A stretch of DNA of 64,000 bases from contig JAAOMT010000046.1 in assembly GCA_016748015.1 (NCBI GenBank), positions 186,001 to 250,000 on the forward strand, given 5' to 3'. The notes beneath the pieces were generated by a model. That model saw only the letters and a list, made by a program, of their open reading frames with translations. It was not told the origin of the DNA and did no database searches. Source of the DNA: Geosiphon pyriformis uo1 (Eukaryota > Fungi > Glomeromycota). This document shows, piece after piece, positions 11,958 through 21,353 of the stretch. The position numbers were made by a program, and so were the translations under genes. Position 1 is the stretch's first letter. Each line of letters begins with the position of its first letter.

Positions 11958-14194
11958 ACAGTAACTTCTGATGGCAACAAATACATTATCACAGCTACTG
12001 ACTATTTTACAAAGTGAGTAGAAGCAAGAGCCACCCCAGATTAAACAGCAGTTTCCATTGCCAATTTCATTTATGAAAATATCATCTGCTGTCATGGCTG
12101 CCCCAGAGAACTTTTATCTGATAGAAGAAAAGCTTTTCTCAGTACACTGGTTGAAGAACTTTGTAGAAAATGGAAATACGTCACAAACTTTCCTCCCCTT
12201 ATCACCCACAAACAAATGGCTTAGTGGAACGTTTCAATAGAACACTGTGTGAAACCTTAGCCAAAACAAGTGAAGAAACAAACTTATGGGACAAAGTACT
12301 GTCTTCAGCTTTGTTTGCTTATAGAACTGTAAATTATGACATAACAAGTTATGAACTTTTTTATCTGCTCTATGGACAAATAGCAACACTACCAATAGAA
12401 ACTGATATTGAGACACTACTATTTGAAGAAATCACAATAGAGAATTACAAAGACATTTTGCAAAGAAGACTTGGTACCATTTTTGACTCATTGGTAAAAG
12501 CACGAATAGTTGCTTTTGAAAAGATAAAACAGTTTCAAAAAAAGCTTAAAAAAAAGAAAACTTATAAAACACTTTCTTTAAGTGTTAGTGACTTGATATT
12601 AGAATACCCTTCAGACACAAACAATGTCTATGATGATAAATTTTCTAGCCAGTAGAAAAGACCCTTTATAGTCAACAAAGTTCTAAACAATGGTTTTTAT
12701 ATTCTTCAAGATCAATCTGAAACAATCTTTAATGATTGACTTGTTCATAGCACATAACTCAAGAAATACTACAAACGATCTGATTGGTTGCCTGTTGTGG
12801 TAATACCAACTCAAATGATCAACAAAAATCAAGTATAAATAAACGCACCATTCCCAAAACAGAGGTATCTTCAATTGACATGAACAATTATTTTCTGGAT
12901 CAAAACATTCAAAATGCTTTCTATACTCTTTATGAATATTGGATTAAAAACTATCCAAATGCTACTCTGACTATTGGAAAACAAACTACAATAACTGACA
13001 ACAATGGAACACATACTGTTATCAGACCAAAGAAAACAACTACCAGAAGAGAAAGAATTGGTGGCAAAATGAATAAGTATTTGCTGGAAAGTATAACAGC
13101 AGCAATACTTGCACCTTCCATCACAATTGGAAAAACAATTAAAAAAATCTTGTCCATAGACAAAAACTTGTCATATGGAAGACAACTAGAACTCTATGGT
13201 TGCCTTGGTGAAATCATAAAAGACATGAAGCTCATGAAAAAAACAACTTCTGAAATACAAGTGGAAATTTTGAACATTGTACAATTAGATGTCCCAAGAG
13301 TTTTGACCATTGTAAGAAGAGCCAAAACTTTAATACAAAGATTTGGTCTTTTAGATATAAAACTCATTTCGCCTCAAGTATTATACACCCTATCTACAAA
13401 AGACTTTAATAAATTAGTTAGCTTTGAGTTAGATAAAACTCTTCAAATAGATTATACTATAAATAGCTTGATTTCACTGGAGCTTAATTTCTTTAGAGAG
13501 GATGATATTACAGTTAAAACCTATACTTTTTATTATTTATCATATGTATTAGTCACTAATGTTATATGATTAGCCACACTATTTTTAGAAAGTGATCATT
13601 GACCTGATCAATAACCTGACCATTGACCTAATCATTGACTTAGTCGTTGATTTGATTATTGACCACTTTTGACAGCTATATAAGCAATGAATCTCTTAGC
13701 TGTAGAAAAGCATGTAATAACAAGCATTTGAATAATCAAGAATAAATAAAATAACAACTTTCATCTCAATCTTTCTCTTATCGCTAATTTTTTTTTTCCT
13801 ACCTTCAAGTATCTGAACATCTTAAAGATAAAAGATTACTTGTTGGCCTTTTCCTGATGTATATAATTGTAGTATTTGAAGATTATTTGAATAAACATAA
13901 CTGAAAAGCACAAGTTGATACCTGATATTAAATTCTAAGAGCACCGATGTAAGGCATAGAATTATACCAGTGGTGATCAATTGTTGACAGTACGGACTAT
14001 CTCTCTACCTTCAAATTCTCCAGTTACTTTTGAAAAGAATAGTGACTGAGATATTTTATGAGACTAATCTTGCACATTGAATCCATACTCATTCAATTTG
14101 CTATTTAAAGTTGAATTCCCCTTTGATTATTTCCATCACCCTATAATCCTGTTCTCTCATGCTATCTGTTAGCTTGTTACTCCAATCCATAACA
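11958..14194 (+). mobile_element. Gypsy 3' fragment: integrase core, ORF3 and 3' LTR (13506-14194)
   Basis: Integrase motif YHPQTNGLVERFN (ORF 12170-12655) and ORF3 at 12880-13569. The LTR ends CCATAACA at 14194. Confidence 0.9.
12880..13569 (+). CDS. Gypsy ORF3, unknown function (only copy without an internal stop; normal stop lost)
   Basis: Reads MNNYFLDQNIQNAFYTL...ELNFFREDDITVKTYTFY. Homologous ORF at the same position in six other copies. Confidence 0.7.
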   Translation: MNNYFLDQNIQNAFYTLYEYWIKNYPNATLTIGKQTTITDNNGTHTVIRPKKTTTRRERIGGKMNKYLLESITAAILAPSITIGKTIKKILSIDKNLSYGRQLELYGCLGEIIKDMKLMKKTTSEIQVEILNIVQLDVPRVLTIVRRAKTLIQRFGLLDIKLISPQVLYTLSTKDFNKLVSFELDKTLQIDYTINSLISLELNFFREDDITVKTYTFYYLSYVLVTNVI

Positions 14195-14482
14195 ATATAA
14201 TCAAACAAATAAGAGTAAACAATGCAGATATGCATGATAACAATGTTATGTAGCTAGTGGCCAAATGAAAACAATTGAAACCTGAAACAGTTAATGCATA
14301 TCTGATGACTCTTCTAAAAGATAAGCTTATTATAGTGTTATGGTTGAAACCCATAATTTTTATTAGTTATCACATGTATTAGCCACTGATATCATATAAT
14401 TAGCCACTCTATTTTTAGATAGTAATCATTAACCTGATCAATGATCTGACCGTTGACCTGGTCATTGACCACTTTCATTAGC

Positions 14483-14542
14483 TATATAAGCAATAAGTTT
14501 TTTAGCTGTAGAAAATTATCTCTCAGACAAGAATCAAATAAA
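14483..14542 (+). promoter_or_regulatory. Putative LTR TATA box (TATATAA, 14483) and polyadenylation signal (AATAAA, 14537)
   Basis: TATATA(A) and a downstream AATAAA recur at the same place in nearly all LTRs of both subfamilies, just after the 12-bp repeat array. Confidence 0.6.
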
Positions 14543-14996
14543 TAAAAATAACAACTTTCATCTCAATCACCCTCTTATCACTAATTTCCCTTTCTCTACC
14601 TTCAAGTATCCGAACATCTTAGGATAAAAGATTACTTGTTGGCCTTTTCCTAATGTATATAATTGTAGTATTTGAAAATTATTTGAATAAACGTGACTGA
14701 AAAGCACAAGTTGATACCTGATATTAAATTCTAAGAGCGCTGACATGAGACATAGAATTATACCAGTGGTGATTAATTGTTGACAGTACGGACTATTTCT
14801 CTACCTTCAGATTCCCTTGTTACCTTTTGAAAAGAATAGCAACTGAGATATTTTATGAGACTGATCTCACACATTGAATCCATACTCATTCAATTCACTC
14901 ATTGAAGTTAAATCCCCTTTGATTATTTCCATCACCCTACAATCCTGTTCTCTCTTGCTATCTGTTAGCTTGTTACTCCAACCTGTAACATAAAAG

Positions 14997-15014
14997 TGGT
15001 GCTCCCTGTGAGGT
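14997..15014 (+). promoter_or_regulatory. Primer-binding site complementary to the 3' end of elongator tRNA-Met
   Basis: TGGTGCTCCCTGTGAGGT, 6 nt after the 5' LTR; also at 36176-36193, 41995-42012 and 60007-60024. The complement ..CCTCACAGGGAGCACCA resembles eukaryotic tRNA-Met(e) ends as recalled (yeast CCTCTCCTGGAGCACCA, human CCTCACACGGGGCACCA). Confidence 0.8.
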
Positions 15015-15042
15015 TGTCAAAATTCACTTATTCCCTCATTGT

Positions 15043-16593
15043 ATGGGTAATTACTCATATCTGCCACAGCAATCAGAAAAACACTTTGTAGCACACAACA
15101 GAAATGACCTAGATTTCATTGAACTTAATTCTCTGCCCTCCTGCTTGATCTGCTTTTCCATTGAAAAACAATCCAGCAGACAATTCCAAAACTTTTAGAA
15201 CTGGTTCCTAAATGAGCATTCAGCTGAAACCTACACAACTTATACTATCTATTACTTTGATCAAGCTTATTTTGAAGACAACTTTGAATAAAAAAACAAC
15301 AATATCAATCAGCTCTTATATTCTACAACCTTTGAACAACAGCCCCCTGATTTTGAATATCTGAATTATCAAATCCACATTTGGATTGCTGCCTATCAAT
15401 CAACAGTAACTCCCCTTGAAACAGAAGAAGAAAGCTATCAAACTACTCCTGTTTTTGATCTCTTTTCAAGTAAATCAGAACACTCTACACAAACAGTTAC
15501 ACCTGAACCAATGGCTCAAAACCCTCTGCAACAAAACATTTTGATTGCCCTCCAAGGTATACAGACTGCTTTAGGGTGAAGAAACAACACCCCATTACTA
15601 TTATTCAGAGGTGATGTCCAAGATCCAATTGAATGATTGGATGATTTTGAAAGAGCAGCTACTGCAAACCAGTATGATGATGAATACAAGTTCCAAATCG
15701 TTGGTGGCTACCTCCAAGGCTCCCCTGCTACCTGGTTTTCACAAAAAACCAATGCTGGTGCTCAACAAAAAATTGTTAGATGGACCCCAGCAAATATTGG
15801 AGAAAATAATACCTCTTTTACTACCTGGTTTGAAAACAAATTCAGAACTCCCATCTTAATATCCAAATGGCATATGGAATTAGAAAAAAGAACCCAAGGT
15901 CCTAGTAAAATTGTGACCGAATATGCCAAGGCAATCAGAAAACTCATCAAGCATATAGACTCTGGTAAAAACTGGACTGAAAAGCAAAAGATCTATTCCT
16001 TCACAAAAGGATTGAAAACTGATTTATTATATGCTCTTTGGCCTCTCTTGGCTTTAAAAGATAATCCCACCATGGATATGGCTATTGAACTCACCCAAAG
16101 AATTGAAAACAATAAAAGAATGCATTTGGGATCCACACTTCCAGTTTTTGTTCCTGCTCCTGTTATGGCTCTTACTCCTTAAATAGCCACTACTTCTTTT
16201 GCTGCCCAGACACAAGATCCAAATGAACAATTAATAGATAGACTTACAGCAAATCTTGCTAGGCTATTAGAACCATTAGCCCAAACAGTCAGAGATAACC
16301 AGCAACCACAAAGACCCATGTTTGAAAACCATTTTAATCAGCCCCAGCAACCTCCTTACCAAAAACAGCAAAATCATGGCCCTCCTGTGTGTTATAGATG
16401 TGGATTAACTGGAAATTTTTTCAGAGATTGCAACAATCCTCTATTGTCTCCTCCAGCTCTCAGAAACAATGACAACCAAAACAACAGACCTAACAACAAT
16501 GTCCCTAATCAAAGACCCAATTATGCCAACATCAATTTCTTTGGAGAGGATCCCCTAATTGAAGCCACTGTTTATCAGCCTTTAAACTAATAG
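15043..16593 (+). pseudogene. gag: G1 gag (N-terminal extension, capsid, CCHC nucleocapsid)
   Basis: Capsid motifs DDFERAATANQY and RTQGP..VTEY; zinc knuckle CYRCGLTG.F.RDC; several internal stops. Confidence 0.9.
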
Positions 16594-16625
16594 GCACACC
16601 TCCAAAGAGTGAGAGTGCAAGCCAA
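16581..16625 (+). promoter_or_regulatory. Predicted -1 ribosomal frameshift signal (T TTA AAC plus downstream hairpin)
   Basis: Heptamer lies in the gag frame two codons before the stop, and the -1 frame is open into pol. Conserved at 34665, 43328 and 58698. Confidence 0.8.
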
Positions 16626-19274
16626 CCAGAAGAAAACCCCTTTTATGCTTTTAACTTAACTAATGATAATCATGACATGAATGAACTAGCAATTAACACC
16701 TCAGAACCAACCAGAAAGAAGAAGAAAGCCAATGTTGATTTCATTTTAGACCCCAACAAAGCGTTAACTTCTGCTATTGATAACAATAAGCCACCAATGG
16801 CTAAAGTTTTTAAGAATTCTCCAAAGTTGAAACCCCCAAAAATTGTACAAAAATTTGACTCCTATTCCGTTGTCAAAGATCTCATGGAAACCCCAGCACA
16901 TATTACTTTTGGCCAGTTAATGACCCACCCACAGTTCAGAAAGGATCTTCGCAAATCCTTGATCCCAAAGAAGAAGACACCAAAAACCAACAAGCATCCT
17001 CGCCAAGCTGGACTTGCTGACAACAGCAATGTCACCCCTCTGATTTGTAAAGCCCAAGTGGCTGAATACTTCATTGACTTAATTCTGAACAGTGGATTAT
17101 CTGTTAGTGTTATTGTCAAACACTTTTTGAAAGCAATTGGTAGAAAGATTGATGAACCTTCCACTAAACCAATAACCAACATACATGGTAACAAAAAGAA
17201 AAGACTGGGTATTGCCAAAGCTGTTCCTGTCCACATCAATGGAATTAGCATTAAAACTGACATGGAAGTTTCTGAAGCCAAAGAATACACTATCATTGTT
17301 GGCAATGAATGGCTCAAGAAAGCAAAAGCTTTGCTTGATTATGAACTTTGTCAATTAACCATCAGATGTGATGAGAAACCCATTGTGGTTAAGTGTCACC
17401 ATTGGACAACTCCCCCAGTACCCAAACAAAACCAAGAAGAAAAACAATTAGATAAATCAGATGATAAAGAGAGTGATGAAGAAGAAGAACAAGAAAAGCA
17501 AGAAGAAACTGCTGAACTCACTTATACCATCTTTACCAGCAATGGCAAACCACTAGACAATGTTAAAGCAGACAAAGAAGGAATTATTGTAAATGGCAAG
17601 CTGATCTGCTGGCCTTATTATGATATTCTTAGAAGAACCTTTGAAAAAAAACCTGGCAAGAAAGCCAAATACAGTTTTTGGTAGCATGGTCCTTGTACCT
17701 GGTGTTAGTGCAACAAACTTTTGTATTCTCCAAGTAATAAATGCAAATTATGCCTGATCTATTACAGAGATTGGGAACCAATCAGTTTGATACCCAGAGA
17801 AGAATTAAAAAAAGTACAAAAGTCCTTTGAGAATGAACCACCTGAGATCCAATTACTGGTTGTGAAACAAAAAAAACTCTCTCCAGAAGAAAGAAAAATA
17901 GACATTGAAAATTTGCTGGCTAGAAATACCCCAGTTATCTTCAAAGAAAGTGATATCCCTGGACGTACCCATGTGATACAACACATTATCACCACTAGAG
18001 AAACTTGACCCATCCATTTGAAGTCTTATCAATCCAATTGGCACAATGATGAGTTTATCAAGAAAGAGATAAACCGGATGAAAAAACTTGGATTCATACA
18101 AGAAACCAAGAGTGAATGGGCTTTTTCAATTGTAGTGGTATCCAAGAAAAGTGGAACACTACGCTTTTGTGTCGACTACTGCCAATTAAATGCCATCACT
18201 AAAAGAGACATGTACCTACTTTCCAAGATTGATGCAATGTTAGACCAATTCAAAGATGCTGCTTTCTTCTCAATCATTGACTTAACTGCTGGATTCTGGC
18301 AAGTAGAGATGGATCCAGAAAGCAAAAAGAAAACTGCCTTCATCACTAAGTATGGCACCTATGAATTCACAGTCATGCCTTTTGGTCTCACCAACTCCCC
18401 TCCCACCTTTCAATGCTTAATAGATAAAGTATTTGAATCAGTCAAAGAGAACTTTGTTCTAATCTATTTGGATGACATAATAGTATACTCAAAAACCTGG
18501 GATGAACACCTGGAACATTTGCAAAAGGTTTTTGATCTCTTCAGAAATGCTGGCCTCAAGATCAACTCAATTAAATCTTTCTTTGGAAAACAATCCACTT
18601 AATTCCTTGATCATCTTATCATAAAAGATGGAATCTTTCCTGACCCAGCCAAAGTTGAAAAAGTCCAAAACATTAAACAACCAATGAACATTCATGAACT
18701 ATGCTCTTTTCTTGGTTTGGCCTCTTATTATCGCAAATTTGTTAAGGATTTCTCCAAAATCACCTCTTCTCTCAATTAGCTACTCAGGAAAAATGTCAAT
18801 TACCATTGGGAAACACATCAGCAAAAAGCCTTTGAAACTTTAAAGGAAAAACTGGTTACAAAACCCATCCTCAAGCAATCTGATCTAGATCAACCCTTTA
18901 TCCTCCACACTGATGCATCTGGCTTTAGATTTGGTGCTGTTCTCTTCCAGAAAGATGAAGATGGCAAAGAATATGCCATAGCCTATGCCAGTAGAACTCT
19001 TTCCCTAGCAGAACAGAACTATTCAGTCACTAAACAAGAATGCTTAGCAGTAGTATGATCCACCAGTTACTGGAGTAAGTATCTTCTTGGTGTGAAGTTT
19101 TTGGTGATAACAGATTACCAAGCTTTGGTTTGGCTGCACAACAAAAAGAGGCTAGAACACAAATAGATAACTTGCTAAATACTCCACTTGGATGAATTTG
19201 ACTATGATATTCAACATCGCAAAAGAGCTAATTATCAAAATGCCAACATTCTCTCCAGACTTACCATTCAGTGA
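16581..19274 (+). pseudogene. pol: G1 pol: aspartic protease - RT - RNase H (no integrase in frame)
   Basis: Protease LIL(D/N)SG; RT RFCVDY, MPFGLTN.P, YLDD; RNase H HTDASG..GAVL, YASRTL. Ends ..RLTIQ*. Confidence 0.92.
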
Positions 19275-19341
19275 CAGAACAACCCTCTCAAACCAAACCA
19301 ACTTAATTATTAGTAATTCCCTTTTTTTGACAAACACGATA

Positions 19342-20655
19342 ATGGACTTGGACAACTACTCTGCCTTAATGGAATTTTTGGGTAAAGAACAATACCCACT
19401 GAAATACACACAACAACATAGAGAACATTTGCGCAAACAATTAAATTTCAATTTGATTTGTCAGAACCAACTTTATAAAAGAAAAAGAAAAGATCCTGAC
19501 TGCCCCCAAAGAGTCATCAGATTTGAAGAAAAAGAAATTGTGATCTACAATATGCATACTGATCTATTAGCTAGACACTTTGGAAAAACAAAAACAATTC
19601 AGAAAACTCTAGCTCGTTATTATTGGCCTATCTTGGAAAAAGACATTGCTGAATACATTAAAACCTGTGATATCTGCCAAATAAGAGAAAAACCCAATCG
19701 CAAAGAAGATATCCATTCAATCTTTGTTGGTCAACCCTTTAACACAATTGGTATAGATGTTGTTGGACTTTTAACAATAACTCCTGATGGCAACAGATAC
19801 ATTATCACAGCTACCAACTATCTTACAAAGTGGGTAAAAGCAAAAGCCACTTCAGACCAAACAGCAGTTTCAATAGCCAATTTCATTTATGAAGATATTA
19901 TTTGTTGCCATGGCTGCCCCAAAGAACTTTTATCTGACAGAGAAAGAGCTTTTCTCAGTACATTTGTTAAAGAACTTTGCAGAAAAATGGGAATATGTCA
20001 CAAATTTTCTTCTTCTTATTATCCCCAAACAAATGGCCTAGTAGAACATTTTAATAGAACACTATGTGAAACTCTAGCCAAAACCAGCGAAGAAACAAAC
20101 TTATGGGACAAAGTACTGCCTTCAGCCTTGTTTGCTTATAGAACTGTAAATCATGACATAACAAATTATGAACCCTTTTATCTATTCTATGGACGAATGG
20201 CAACCCTACTAATAGAAACTAACATTGAGACAATACCCTTCGAAGAAATAACAATAGGGAATTACAAAAACATTTTGCAAAGAAAACTTGGTACCATTCT
20301 TGACTCATTAGTAGAAGCATGGATAATTGTCTTTGAAAAGATAAGACAATTCTAAGAGAAGCTTAAGAAAAAGAAAACATATAAAACACTTTCCTTAAGT
20401 GTTGATAACTTAGTTTTAAAATACCATTCAGACAGAAACAATGTTTATGGTGATAAATTCTCTAGCTGGTGGAAAGAACTCTTTATAGTCAACAAAGTTT
20501 TAAACAATGGTTCTTATATCTTACAAGATCAATATGGAACAATCTTCAATGATTGCCCTGTTCATGGCACACAACTCAAGAAATATTACAAATGACCTGA
20601 TTGGTTACCTGTTGTAGTAATACTGACCCAAATGATCAACAAAAATCAGATATAA
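19342..20655 (+). pseudogene. G1 free-standing DDE integrase ORF
   Basis: MDLDNY start, HHCC, GIDVVG / SDR / NGLVE catalytic motifs and a GPF-like C-terminus; no chromodomain. Confidence 0.9.
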
Positions 20656-20696
20656 ATAAATGCACTATTCCCAAAACAGAGATATCTTCAATCGAC

Positions 20697-21353
20697 ATGA
20701 ACAATTATTTCCTAGATCAAAACATTCAAAATGCTTTCTACACTCTCCATAAGTATTGGATCAAAAATTATCCAAATGCTACTCTGACCATTGGAAAACA
20801 AACCACCATAATTGATAACAGTGGAACACATACTGTTATTAGACCAAAGAAAACCACTACCAGAAGAGAAAAAATTGGTAACAAAATAGATAAGTATTTG
20901 CTGGAAAGCATAACAGCAGCAATACTTACACCTTCCATGACAATTGGAAAAATGATTAAAGAAATCTTGCTTATAGACAAAAACTTGTCATATGGAAGAC
21001 AACTAGAACTCTATGGTCATCTTGATGAAATCATAGAAGAAATGAAGCTCATGAAGAAAACAACTTCAGAGATACAAGTGGAAATTTTGGGTATTATACA
21101 TTTAGATGTCCCAAGAGTTTTGACTATTGCAAAAAGAACCAAAACTCTTATACAAAAATTTGGTCTCTTGGATACAAAGCTTATTTTGCCTCAAGTACTA
21201 TACACTCTATCCACAAAAGACTTTAACAAATTAGTTAGTTTTGAGTTAGACAAAACCCTTTAATTAGAATACTCTATAAATAGCTTGATTTCGCCGGAGC
21301 TCAATCTCTTTGGAGAGGATGATGTTATGATTGAAACCCATAATTTTTATTAG
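20697..21353 (+). pseudogene. G1 ORF3 (218 codons, one internal stop), overlapping the PPT and first ~30 nt of the 3' LTR
   Basis: Matches ORF 20601-21263 and continues to ..GEDDVMIETHNFY*. Confidence 0.8.
21312..21322 (+). promoter_or_regulatory. Polypurine tract
   Basis: GGAGAGGATGA, or a close variant, directly precedes the 3' LTR in all copies. Confidence 0.75.

Noticed and set aside
20697-21353. ORF3 as an env gene
   Set aside because: No signal peptide, transmembrane helix or fusion-protein features; short and soluble-looking.
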